The notes below the pieces were generated by a model that saw only the letters and a program-made list of their open reading frames with translations, made no database searches and was not told the origin of the DNA. This document shows, one piece after another, positions 26,330 through 39,025 of a DNA stretch of 64,000 bases; within the stretch, counting starts at the first letter, position 1; every line of letters begins with the position of its first letter. The stretch covers positions 52,886,001 through 52,950,000 of the forward strand of contig CM059437.1 of the NCBI GenBank assembly GCA_030390025.1, written 5' to 3'. Origin of the DNA: Squalus acanthias. Lineage: Eukaryota. The translations under genes were made by a program, and so were the position numbers.

Positions 26330-28655
26330 ACCGCCTCCAAGGCAAGTATATCCTGCCTTAGATAAGGAGATCAAAACTGTGCACAGTACTCCAGGTGTGG
26401 TCTCACCAAGGCTCTGTGTAATTGTAGCAAGACTTCCTTACTCTTATACTCCAACCCCTTTGCAATAAAGGCCAACATGTCATTTGCCTTCCTTATTGCT
26501 TGCTGTACCTGCATGCTAGCTTTCTGTGTTTCTTGCACGAGGACACCCGAATCTCTCTGAACACCAACATTTGAAAGTTTCTCACCATTTAAAAAATATT
26601 CCGTTTTTCTATTCTTCCTAACAAAGTGAATGACCTCACATTTCCCTACATTATACTCCATCTGCCACCTTACTGCCCACTCACTTAGTCTATCTATATC
26701 CCTTTGCAGACTCTTTGTGTTTTCCTCACAGCTTACTGTCCCACCTAGCTTTGTATCATCAGCAAACTTGGATAAATTACACCCGGTCCCTTCATCTAGG
26801 TCATTAATATAGATTGTAAATAGCTGAGGGCCCAACACTGATCCTTGCGGCACCCCACTAGTTACAGCCTGCCAACCTGAAAAAGATCCATTTATCCCTA
26901 CTCTCTGTTTTCTGTCCGTTAACCAATCCTCTATCCATGTTACTATATTACCCACAACCCCATGAGCCCTACTCTTGTGTAATAACCTTTTATGTGGTAC
27001 CTTATAGAATGCCTTTTGGAAATCCAAATATACTACATCCACTGGTTCCCCTTTATCTACCCTGCTAGTTACATCCTCAAAAAACTCTAACAAATTTGTC
27101 AAACACGATTTCCCTTTCATAAAACCATGTTGACTCTGCCTAATCATGTTCTGATTTTCTAAGTAACTTGATACCACTTCCTTAACAATGGATTCCAGTA
27201 TTTTCCCGACGACTGATGTCAGGCTAACTGACCTGTAGTTCCCTGCTTTTTCTCTCCCTCCTTTCTTGAATAGTGGTGTTAAATTTGCGACCTTCCAATC
27301 CGTTGGGACCATTCCAGAATCTAGGGAATTTTGGAAGATCAAAACCAATGCATCACTATCTCTTCAGCCACCTCTTTTAGAACCCTAGGATGTAGGCCGT
27401 CAGGTCCAGGGGATTTGTCATCCTTTAGTCCCATTAGTTTCTCTCGTACTCTTTCTCTACTTATACTAATTTCGTTAAGTTCCTCACCCTCATTAGACCC
27501 TTGGTTCCCCATCATTTTTGGTACGCTTTTGTGTCTTCTACTGTGAAGACAGATTCAAAATATTTGTTTCACGTTTCTGCAATTTCCTTATTCCCCATAA
27601 TAATTTCTCCTGTCTCAGCCTCTAAGGGACCAACGTTTACTTTTGCTACTCTTTTCCTTATTACATACTTGTAGAAACTCTCACAATCTGCTTTTATATT
27701 TCTTGATAGTTTTCTCTCATATTCTATTTTTTCCCTTTTTATCAATTTTTTGGTCAACTTTTGCTGGTTCCTGAAACTCTCCCAATCCTCAGGGTTACTA
27801 TTATTCTTTGCAAATTTATAAGCTTCTTCTTTCAATCTAATGCTATCCTTAACTTCTTTAGTTAGCCACGGTTGGATCACTTTTCCCGTGGTGTTTTTGT
27901 TTCTCAATGGAATGCATTTTTGTTGTGAATTATGAAATATTTCTTTAAATGTTAGCCACTGCTTATCTACCACCATACCTTTTAATCTATGTTTCCAATC
28001 TTCCTTAGTCAACTCGCCCTTCATACCTATGTAATTGGCTTTATTTAATTTAAGACTCTAGTTTCGGACTTAGGCAAGTCACTCTCAAAATTAATGTGAA
28101 ATTCTATCATATTGTGATCACTCTGCCGCAAAGGATCCTTTACTATGATATTGCTAATTAACCCTGTCTCATTACACAATACACGATCTAAAATAACCTG
28201 TTCCCTGTTTGGTTCTATGACATATTGTTCTAGGAAACTGTCCCGAATGCATTCAATGAACTCGTCCTCCAGGCTACCTTTGCCAATTTGATTTGTCCAG
28301 TCTATATGAAGATTAAAGTCCCCCAATAATATTGCATTACCTTTGTTGCAAGCTCCTACTATTTCTTGATTAATATTCTGTCCAACGGTATAGCTACTTT
28401 TAGGGGGTGTTTTCTACCCCTTGTTATTTCTTATCTCCACCCATATTGCTTCTACTTCCTGATCTACCGAGCCGAGATCCTTTCTCGCTACTGTCCTTAT
28501 GTCATCCTTTCTTATCAGGGCTACTCCCCCTCCTTTTCCATTCTGCTGCCTGTCTTTTCGAAACGTCAAGTACCCTGGAACATTTAGTTCCCAACCATGG
28601 CATCCTTGCAACCATGTCTCTGTATTGGCTATTAGATCAAACCCATTTATCTCTA
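26330..28655 (-). mobile_element. CR1 ORF2 (APE + RT), truncated at both ends
   Basis: 325-aa RT ORF 26371-27348 with [22 protein letters not shown]; GDFN/SDHN endonuclease motifs. Confidence 0.95.
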
Positions 28656-28659
28656 CGAT

Positions 28660-29270
28660 AGCAAAATACTGTGGATGCTGGAAAATTGAAACAACAACAG
28701 AAAACGCTGGAAAAACGCAGCAGGCCAGGCAACATCCGTGGAGAGAGAAACAGAGTTAAAGTTTCAGGTCGAAGACCTTTCGTCAGAACTGAGAAAAAAG
28801 CAGGAAATGAAACAGATAAAAAAGCAAGTGGGAGGCTGGGGGGAGGAATAAAAGAACAAAATGGGTGGTCTATGATAAGTAGAGACATTAAGAGATGCTC
28901 AAGGCAAGACGAGATAGTAATAGGACAGGTTAAGAAACAAAAGATGGCTCAGAAGTGTGAGGTGTGAAATGCTGGCAGAATGAAAGACAGCTACTGTGAG
29001 GGAGAGAGAGAGAAAAAAGGGAAAGGCACAAACCAAAGGGGTGGATAAAATATATATATATATATATATTTTTTATCCACCCCTTTGGTTTGTGCCTTTC
29101 CCTTTTTTCTCTCTCTCTCCCTCACAGATCATAACCTCGGCCCCTACCACATATATATATAGGGCCGAGGTTATGATCTGAAATTGTTGAATTCGATATT
29201 GAGTCCGGAAGGCTGTAAAGTGCCTAATCAGAAGATGAGGTGCTGTTCCTCAAGCTTACGCTGAGCTTCC
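28660..29270 (-). mobile_element. Penelope-like 3' fragment with degenerate hammerhead and internal palindromes
   Basis: Minus strand RKLEEQHLIF..GTLQPSGLNIEFNNF; CTGACGA...GAAA core at 28754-28790. Confidence 0.7.
28994..29127. repeat. Perfect 57-bp inverted repeat around a 20-bp (TA)n spacer
   Basis: 28994-29050 is the exact reverse complement of 29071-29127. Confidence 0.97.
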
Positions 29271-30599
29271 ATTTTTTATCTCTATTTGTGCCATTAGTTC
29301 GTTTATCTTGTTACGAATGCTTCGGCAGGCTATATGATCAGAAAGAGCAGGAACATGATTCCCACCAAGGGTGCTATCTCACATTCCAACAGCCTCTCAC
29401 TTTCATGCTTCTTGAGACTAGATATTCCGTTTTCCATGTCGGCATTAGTTGTTGCATATGTACCAAATGTTCTTGTGAAGCTCTACCCCTCTCTATTATA
29501 GTTCATAGGCTCAGAGACAAAGGAGAAACGGGGTGCTCAAATCTCATAATTGTCTTTAAAGCCTCAGCTTGCAGTGAAACGTGTACTTGGATGATTTCAG
29601 AATTCTTCCTCTGAGTTAAAAACACAGGCTGATAACGCACTCTGTAGTACGTTGCTTCTGCAAATTTAACTATAGTATATGAATTGAATCTAAAGTAAGT
29701 GATTACTTTGTATAAAATAGTTTCCCTTACTATTTCTCAATCTCAGTCTCTAACAGACATCCCACCCCCCGCGTTATTGTGGAATATTGAGCGTTTTACC
29801 TAAGATCCACACCTCATCTTGTTAGCATCACATCTCTATCAGAAGCCATTTGCTCATCCAGTCTAAGTACAATCTGATTAATATTACACCTCCTACTACT
29901 GCCAAATAAAATCATAATACATTATACAGAAAGCTGCGGTGAAAACTAAGCTCCCCCCATATACAATGATATTATCAAGAAATCGTCCCTTAAACTTAAA
30001 AGATTCCCCCAGCACTCCTTTTATCGTTTCCATCTGATAAATAATTCTGAATAAGTACTCGTTCTCATTTGTACCAATTTCTGTGTTAACTCAAGGGAAC
30101 CTAACCCTAAATTTTAGAATTCCATTTTATAAGTACTTCTCTACCGATAACTATTAATGAGTTTAACTCTATTTGATATTTTCAGTAATTTGTTCTGAAG
30201 AATTCTGGACTTCTCAATATGAATTTTCACTTGCTGAAAGAGCAGAGTTTGGTTCAACAAAGCATGGAACACAGAACAGATAGATTTGACTTTCCAATAC
30301 GGCATTCTGGGAAGCTTGACCAAGTTCAAAAGATCCTGCTTCAGGCTTTTTAGTTGGTTAAATGCGACGACAATTTCACAGATATAAGGTTTGAGGTCAA
30401 AGATAAGCCAGTTGCCTAGCGAAGCCTTGAAAGTCTGTGGGAATGAAATAATAGCAGCCATTCTAAAGTGAAAGGACGAGACAGACCAGAGACAGACAAA
30501 ACCAAACTACAAAAGATGTCAACTAAGAATTATCCCCTCAGTTTCCAGAAGCCGAATAATTTCACCATTCTGAGTTTCGATTTGTACGACTGACCATCG

Positions 30600-33500
30600 C
30601 AGTGTCCTCTTGGCCACAATACTGAAATAAGAGCCACCACAAGGCAAACATTCCAAACCAACTTTATACATCTATCTATCCAATATTACTTCAAAAAAAA
30701 TCAACTAATCACCCTTGTGCATTACCTTAGTGACTGTCTGGCGTGCACATTTGCCTTTCCTAGTGCTCCTACGCAGTGCTACCACAATGGCTGCAGCATG
30801 GCTAGTGGAAGGCTTCTCCTTTTGCGGGTGATGGCAGATGGCGTAGCAGGACGACCTCGATGAACTCGAGACCTAGTAGGCCCAGCTTTGAAATGAACCA
30901 GCATGAGTGGCAGCAGTCTGGAGTAGCTGGCTGACAGGCAACGGCAAGGGCACTGGCGGAGTGGCAGTGGTGGGAGTATGCTGTCATCCTGGGAGAGTAG
31001 AGCATGGTCGGCCTCCACACATCCATTGCCACTCCCCCAGTGCAGCGCCTTACAAATCCAAGTAATCTAAAGGAGTAGAGACTGCTGGACTGCGGTGACA
31101 ACCTGCAGACCCCTTTCAACACCGTTAAAACCCAGCCATGATGGCAGCTGTCTGTTCTTGCATGGCAGCAAGCTGATCTTGCATGACTGCACTCTGAGCT
31201 TCCATTGCTGCACTCAGACGTTGTGTGGTTTCCGCTTGTGCTGCAATGGAAGCTGTGAATTCAGCCATCAGACACGGCATTATGGTTGGGTTCACAAGTG
31301 CGTTCATTGGACTGCTGATCCCTTCCACGCTGGAAAGATTGGGCTCCAAGCTCTGACCAAAGCCCTATGCTGGGCTCCTGCATGCTCCTTAACATTGCAT
31401 TCAGGCTTTCTGACAGGTCTGCCAATGCACCAAATATTTCATTGTGCATACCCATCAGTATTCTTCTGTAGGCCACCCTGTCAAAGTCTTCATCTGAGAC
31501 CTGTGCAGCAGAACTCGTGTGCGACCTCGCCCTCTGGCCAGCTGGCACCTACACTATACTTTCCTGCTGTCCTGGTTGCAGCCCACTCGTGCCCGGTTTC
31601 TCACCACATGCAGATCCCACATCTAACCTATCCTCTCAAGTACGCAGTATGTCACTATCTGAGCTAGTGACTGGGAATATGAAATCGAGTGATGGTGTTT
31701 CGTCTGTGTCACTCTTCTCTCTCTCTTCTTGTTGAGCCACTGGCTGGGCAGGTTGGATTTCTTGGGTGTCTGAAATGAGACAGGCACAAGGGTAGGGTTG
31801 TGGTGAGGGGAGGGGGAGAAAACAAGAAGTGCATGCTTACAGCATGTGCAGATTGTAAATCAGAAGAGATTGTGGGATGAAGGGAAAGTGGGATGTGATA
31901 AGAATGATAAGATACCGACATCTTGCATTCATTCAGCCCCAGCGCTGGACAGAGGCTCAGCCATGTCCCTGCCAAAAATGGCCATCACTGTCTCCTATAT
32001 CGGGGTGAGAACATAGAGGTGAGCCTGTGCCCCACCGGATAGGTTCTGCTGGCGACGGATAATTGCCACATTTTCCTGAAAGGGAAAGTGTAGGCTTCGC
32101 AAAATCCCCCAGAAACTCAAACAGAACCCTAAGTGAAGTGATTTGAGGTAAAACCCTCAGTTTTGGACATAATTAAAGATCACAAGAAGAAAACCCTGAG
32201 GAAAATGACTTTTCGAATCTTACTGTTGGGAAAGACACCTTTCACAGACACACAGGCTGCAGAGGGGCGTGGTCAGGCAGTGTAGTAAGCTCTCTGCAGT
32301 GTGTTTACACTGCCTTCCTATCAAGGAGGAAAAGACAAAACCCAAAAGCCTCACAACACATCGAAATATGAATAATCCAAGACCTCTTTTGAAATCAATA
32401 AAACATTTAGTACTTCATCAAAAACCAATCAACCAGGTACCCACAGGACAGATTTAAAAGCCCACCAATAGACCTAGGACAATAGGGTTGAGATTTGGCG
32501 CGTAGATAATGCTTTGTTGAATCGGAAAATGATCAGGACATGTTTAACACTGAGCTAAAGCCATCGGAACTGGCAAGCCCGCCAAAACTAGACAATGGAC
32601 TAAACAAGGCTCATTTGCAACCTAAAGGAAACCGTTTTAGTAAGGGGTTTTGGGCGTGAAAAAGACAATATAATTGAAGCCTGTCCCAAGACTCTTTCTC
32701 TTTTGGACTCGCTGACAACGCTGGCACAGCTCTCTCCCTGCTCCAGCAAAACCACTACAAGCCACGAGGAGGAAGGCCAACAAACAGACCATCACACAAG
32801 AAGAAACCAGAGCGACTGCCTCAGTGACCATCGGACACCTCGCATCAACAAGGGCCTTACGAAATCTTTTAATCAAAAGACTCTAAAATCCTGTCAATGA
32901 TTCGTTGGTGAGCATTATCCCTGATCTCCTGAAACCAAAAACCTATCTAGATAGTGGGATCTTTGGGAGGGATAAGGTTTTTGTTTGGTATATTGTCTTT
33001 CTCCCTCGCCTGTACCATGTGCTCCCCAATCTGTGTTTAAGTATTAAGTGTGTTTGAAGTTTGTTACCTTTTTCTTTTAATAAAGTCAAAATTCTTTCAT
33101 CAGAACCTGTTGTCTACTGCATTTTTGTTCACAACCCCTAAATAAGTCCAAAGTCTAGGAACCAGGGGCGTGGGAGCGAGTGGAACCGCTCACTGAGTCA
33201 GAAGGCGAGGGCTGATCCCATTACCACCCCCTACAAAAGGGAAGTTTGTCAGTGAGTGTGGTGCAATGTGTTTGGGTGATATGTCTGCCATGGTTGATTA
33301 ACTGACAGTGTTATCACGCTGTGAGATGTGGATGTCAGGCTTGCAGCAGTGGTAAATTTTGTGGCTCAGGTGAAGCCATGAATGTAAGGTGTGAGTCTTG
33401 TTGGTAGAGATTGTTGGTAGGTAAGTGATGGGGAGTGGTGCATTGAGGATTGCTGAGGCTAGTCGGATATGGCATTTGAAGATGAATTCATTGATCTTGA

Positions 33501-34055
33501 CCACTTGTCTGATGTCATTAGATTTCTTCCTGCACAGAGTCCAGGTCCTCAGCGCAACAATGCTAACATTTTCCAGTGTGGCTATCTGACTTCACGGCAG
33601 TCTGGGCTGATGCCTTAAGGGATTCCTGGCCCCTGGGGAAAGAGGACCTCTCTCCTGGAGTTGACCTTCTGAACCAAGGGCTCCAGTGCTGCATTGGAGA
33701 ACCTTCATGCACGCTGTCTCCCCTGTTGTGCCATCATGATAACTTTCGTCTCCACTCTCTTCCCTGCCATTTCAATCACCTGTTGCAGGCAGAAGATACC
33801 TCCCTTTTAGAGGTGCAGACTGCCTTTAAGTAGTGGAGGCACACCTTAATTGGAACTAGCCTCGCAGGAATTTGGGCCCCTTGCTGAGCGTTCAGCCACT
33901 CTGCAGCACGTTCAACGCTGGGCTGAACGCTACGATCAATTAATCAGCAGGCAGTGCTAAGTTTGCGTGCTGCCGTCAGTCCTCTGTACTTGCGCGGGGT
34001 GACAGCGCATCGCAATCCCCGCGCTCGTTTTCGGGCCTTATGCAGTTTCTAGGCC
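30600..34055 (-). mobile_element. Harbinger remnant with spliced Myb/SANT-like gene, interrupted by a solo LTR
   Basis: MAQQGRQR..FSNAALEPLVQKV.SRREVLFP and RTWT.CRKK motifs; paralogue 52350-58750. Confidence 0.7.
32089..33235 (+). mobile_element. Solo LTR (1147 bp), TSD AAAG
   Basis: TGTAGG...CCTACA perfect 6-bp inverted termini, AAAG on both sides; empty site in paralogue at ~57925. Confidence 0.92.
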
Positions 34056-34985
34056 AAGTTGTACACCCGCACCCCACCCACCCCCTCTAACCCCCGATCG
34101 CCCCATTCCACTTTACTACGCTTGGTCTTTACTGCCCATGTGCCACGCCAGCGGAGATCGACTCGTACTACCTGTTAATTATATATAAATTATATGAAGT
34201 ATAAACACAAAATATATCAAAACATAACACTAGATACAAGTAATATAATTCCACATATTGATTTATGATAAGCAGAATTGGTTAAATGAGACACAAGACG
34301 CTACTACAATGTTCCGACTCACTGGGTGTAATTTTGAGTTTAGACGGCTCGGCCACCCATTAAACACGTTTCCCGATTGTCGGTCCATTGAAATCAAATT
34401 CAATAGCAAAATGAGTGGCTAACATTTCAAGTTCACGTGCTGTTAGCGGCCGTCTGAACAAAATTTGTAGCGCATTCCAATAGCGCAGACATATCAGGCA
34501 TATCTGCCAAAAAATATACACGCAAAATAGTCAGAATCCTCTCTCAAAGCTACATGCTCTGAAATAATTTATAGTGAAATGTTTCATCCGCCGGGTGCTT
34601 TCGATCAGAGAGCTCCAGTACACAATGCCTAATATTAAGCATGTGAGACCATGGCCGCGAAATGAGTTTCTTAGGTGCACATTTCAGGTGGAATATTTCT
34701 TTTCCTTCTCCCTTGATATATAAAATGGTCACGAATATTGTAATATAAGCTAGGAAAATGTTTTGAGATATATCAGGACTATGAGACTGCACAGAAAAAT
34801 ATGCAATTTAAATGAAAAATGCTAAGGTGTGTGTCAAATTGGACACCAAAAAATGAGGTAAATTATTTCTATTTCTCTTTTTAAGAATAAATCTAAATAT
34901 GCAGAATCAACAAACCACGAATACCATCCCTCACCTTCCTGGTAGATTGTGATTAATTTGACACAAAGTAAGAATCTGTCAGCTT

Positions 34986-35018
34986 CTGATTGGCGTCAGG
35001 GTGCAGCCTGATTTGCAT
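34986..35018 (+). promoter_or_regulatory. IgL cluster 2 promoter: CTGATTGG + octamer ATTTGCAT (35011-35018)
   Basis: Direct motif match upstream of leader. Confidence 0.85.
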
Positions 35019-35137
35019 AAATAGGAAGCATGTCGCAACACCTCTTCACACGGTTCATAAGCAGAGTTGGAGAGGAAGTTTGGAACCCATTTCATCGGGA
35101 AACTGTCGCCGTGTCTGAGCTCCTTCAATTCTTTACA

Positions 35138-35186
35138 ATGTCTTACTGGATCCGTGTTATCAGTGCGTTGGTGTTTTGCGTAGTTT
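35138..35186 (+). pseudogene. IGL: IgL cluster 2 leader exon (MSYWIRVISALVFCVV)
   Basis: Identical to cluster 3 leader; donor GTGAGT at 35187. Confidence 0.85.
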
Positions 35187-35323
35187 GTGAGTATTTTGCT
35201 TTCACTGCCTGATTATATTTCACCTTGAAGAATATGTACTGCGAAACTTCTCATCCCATTTTAATTGAAAAATTATTGTTCTCACTGTCCTGCCTCTTTC
35301 CTGACATTACTTTTTATTTTCAG

Positions 35324-35667
35324 CTTTAAACGCACAAGTGACGGTAAATCAGCCGCTTCGATGTCAACTTCTCCGGGAAAGGATGTTGAAATAAGTTGTA
35401 CCCTGTCTGGTGCCACTTTAGGAAGCGGTGATGTCTCCTGGTACCAGCAGATTCCTGGGAACACGCCCCGGTTTCTATTCTACTATTATTCGGGAAGCAG
35501 CATTACCAGAGGCCCGGGTATTTCAGAACGATTCTCCGGCTCCGTATCAGGCAACACCGCAACATTTACAATATCTACTGTGCAATCAGAGGACGCTCCG
35601 GACTATTACTGTGCTATGTGGTCTAGCGGTTTAAACTTCGGTAAAGGAACGAGACTGAGTGTTGGCA
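35324..35667 (+). pseudogene. IGLV: IgL cluster 2 fused VJ exon (344 nt, frameshifted)
   Basis: EISCTLSG...WYQQ...DYYCAMWSSGLNFGKGTRLSVG in the downstream frame; 1 nt shorter than cluster 3. Confidence 0.9.
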
Positions 35668-38390
35668 GTAAGTAAAATAACTCCATTTGTATAGTTCTAT
35701 GTTTTGTTTACCTTAGAGCAAAATATTTAAGTTACGCAATGATTTATTTGGCTCAATTTAATTGCTTTTATTAGTGACATTTTCGAAATAACCTGATTTT
35801 TACCGAGTCTCCCTTGACACCTCAGTTGGAAGTAACACATCCTAAATGGGCGAATGACCGTCCAGTTTCAGAAGTTTTCGCATGTTGTTACTTCAGGTTG
35901 CAACCCCACTTGGTGCTGAATTAACTTATCCCAAACCAGGATAAGAATTGGACTCCTAATCGCCGAGTAATGCAATGGGAATGATCAATCAAGTTTCTCG
36001 CGCTTGATCGCTTCCGAGTGATTGTGTTGGAAGTTGCGTTGACTGCATCTCAGGTGACAGAGTCGAGCCACGGAATGATGCCCGGTCACAAACTCTACTA
36101 ACAGTCACTGTCTAGGCTCGCATGAGAAGTACGGCAGAGCGACTGGCGCGCGTGCAACCACAGTCCCGTGGACGCCAACGCTTTTAGGTGAAGAATGCAA
36201 ATTGGAAGGAAACAAATTCTACAACGTATCATAAATTCTGTTTCCAATGAAATACCCTGTAATATCTCTAAACGCAATTCGACTTGAACTAATTACCTTG
36301 GCCCTGAACTGCTTCAGTGTTGATTTGATAGTCCTGCCATTAAACATAATAATAATTTGAGATTTGATTTTATATTCCAGAAATGGTATCTGTTGTCAAC
36401 AGCGACAGTGGAGAGGATTAGTAATCTATAGAGAGATATGCTGTCGCAAAGTATTAGCTACGTTAAAACAGGTTAATTTCGAGTGCTCTTACATTTTCCC
36501 AAAACATCCTGCAACGTTTACGACGCGACTAATACATGGAGATTGGAGGCAATCCCTTTTCTAGTAATTAAATTTAATGAAGCTGTCTTGCCCCTATAGC
36601 TCAGTAAACTAATGGTAATGGTAGAAATTATTCTAGTCCCTGTTTTTAGCGACATCATGCGAAATAGTGAACAATTTCTAAAGAATATATACCATCCAGA
36701 GGAACTGAATGAGTGAATGAACGAACGAATATCCTATCGTGAAATAAATTGTGGAATTAATCACGGGGTCAGCGGAACAAAAACATGTAAAAACCTATAA
36801 AACCTGTAAAACTAACGTGCGTGTTTAATATGAGTTCAGCACCAACCCGCATTAATGCATTTAGACTGCGGCTATCTCAGAGCGACCCTTTCCCGCGTTG
36901 AACTAGTGCCGTGCGATATCCTGATAGGATCGACTTGGATCTTCATCGTTGTTGTGTTTGATGTTTAAAATGAGAGTAACCACTTTAGTTTTGATTGTTT
37001 AATGCCTTTGTTAAAATACGGAATAATTTCACAGCATTGTTACATCACGTTGGTATATTGATATCTCAGAGCCAAATTTTAATCTGAATGCCGTTTTAAA
37101 CCAAACGTGGGCAGTGAACAAAATATAGAGCCGTTCGAACAGTAAGGACCCGCTTTATTGTAGTTGAATTCCCCCATGATTATTATTCTGTCCTTTTTAA
37201 CCTTTCCTATATTTGCTTGGATATTTCTCTCCGCACTTCCTGGTCACTATTTGGTGATTTGTAGTTTACCCGAATAGTGTGACCGATATCTTCCTATCCT
37301 TCATCTCAATCCATACGGGTTGATGATCGCTGTCTGCTTAATGTGAGTTTTGTAATTTCTTTGTAATTTTTAAAATTGCGATGCTTATGGGATACGATGT
37401 GAGATAATAACGCGCGCTCACACTCTCAGTGTATGGAATGTGAATATCCTGTAGTGAAATAAATTGTGAATTAATCATGGGGTCAGCGGAACAAAAACAT
37501 GTAAAAACCTATAAAACCTGTAAAACTAAAGTGTGTGTTTAATATGAGTTCAGCACCAACCCGCATTGAAGCAGTTGTAAATCTGCCTGAAGTATTACAA
37601 TAGAAAGCTGGATTGTTCAGCCCAAATAACGAAAGGAGCAAGACTCGCAGTTCCACCACAGAAATCTCAGCGGAGTTAGTTGTTTCAACGCACAAATTAG
37701 TATTTCAAAAAAGCGTATACCGATAAACTTTTGAAATCTTGTAAAAAATTGACTTTACACTGCAGGTTTAGTGATGGTGCCATGCGATTGCTGCGACTAA
37801 GGCGGCTCGAATTTAAAGCGCCAAGATGTTTTATCTACATTACATTGCCTGTGTGCCTGTACACGAAGGACATTATATTCCTATATTTATAACATACATA
37901 AATGATATGTCGGTCTCTCCTCTTGATGACTTAACAGCTGAACCATGTGAACGCATCACAATAAGATATAAGAAGGGTCAGTGGAGTAGATCTTGAGACT
38001 GTGCGATAGAGTAAAACGGGTGGTTGTGAATCTGCAGCCCCTTTTAAATCTCTCCTGATCTTTATTTAAATGAATACAATGGAAATAAAAATGCAGAGAG
38101 ATATAAAACGGGCTGGAGATTCACTAGCATCCATTTTACACTGTCGCACAAAGTCAAGATTTAACCCGGTCTCTTTAAATAACTTTATTCACCGGAGCAT
38201 TTCAGCTGACAAATATTTAAAGTGCCCATAGTATGAATGTAATATTGTGAAAGATTTTTATTGCAAAGGGATCTATTTATTATATTGACTGGATTGATGC
38301 AATAGAAACTATATTATTTTGAACAAATATTATGCTTCAACAGAAGCAATTCTCCAACACTACGAAACCGTGATCGTTTGTTTTAAACAG

Positions 38391-38713
38391 AACCGCAGGA
38401 ACCATCGGTCTCCGTCCTTCCGCCTTCATCGGATCAAATCGCAGCAAAGAACACGGCGACCCTGGTGTGTTTGGTGAACGGTTTTAACCCGGGCGCTGTG
38501 GAGATTGAGTGGACTGTCGATGGCAGTGTCAGAGGAAATGGTGTTGAGACCAGTCGGATCCAGCAGGAGACGGACAACACGTTCAGTGTGAGCAGTTATC
38601 TGACTCTGCCAGCCTCAGAGTGGAACTCACACGAGCTTTACACCTGTGTGGTTAAACACGAGACTCAGGCAAACTCGCTTAAAACAAGTATCGCGAGATG
38701 CAGCTGTATCTGA
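38391..38713 (+). pseudogene. IGLC: IgL cluster 2 constant exon (itself open)
   Basis: 323 nt, 3 differences from cluster 3 C exon; ends ARCSCI*. Confidence 0.9.
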
Positions 38714-39019
38714 TTTCAGAAACTGTACTTGACCGAGCTGAGAAAGTTTCTTCATCCCCATTCGGTTCCTTCGTGTGACAAATAAGGGTAGACATTTGTA
38801 AAATTTTGGAGGTTTAAGAAAAATAGTCATTGCGTTTGGAAATTCGTCTTTTAAGACTTGTGAATTTTAAATGCTCTTCGATCGAAAGATTTTCGGTGTT
38901 CATTGAAACCTCAATGTCAATTAATCTAGGTTATATGCATCCAATAACGAAAAGGCAACAATATGATTATTGCAGCCTAAGAATTTGCTTACTGCTAATC
39001 TATTCTAATATAGTTGTTG

Positions 39020-39025
39020 AATAAA
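39020..39025 (+). terminator. Poly(A) signal of IgL cluster 2
   Basis: AATAAA at homologous position. Confidence 0.7.

Larger units (their letters stand above)
35138..38713 (+). pseudogene. IGL: IgL cluster 2, germline-joined VJ, frameshifted; exons 35138..35186, 35324..35667, 38391..38713
   Basis: CCGCTTCGATG vs CCGCTTTCGATG in cluster 3 (1-bp loss at ~35358) gives TAA at 35392-35394; also EDAP instead of EDAA; splice sites intact. Confidence 0.85.

Noticed and set aside
35265-35675. 136-aa ORF suggesting cluster 2 V is intact
   Set aside because: Starts at TTG inside the leader intron; the spliced leader frame stops at 35392
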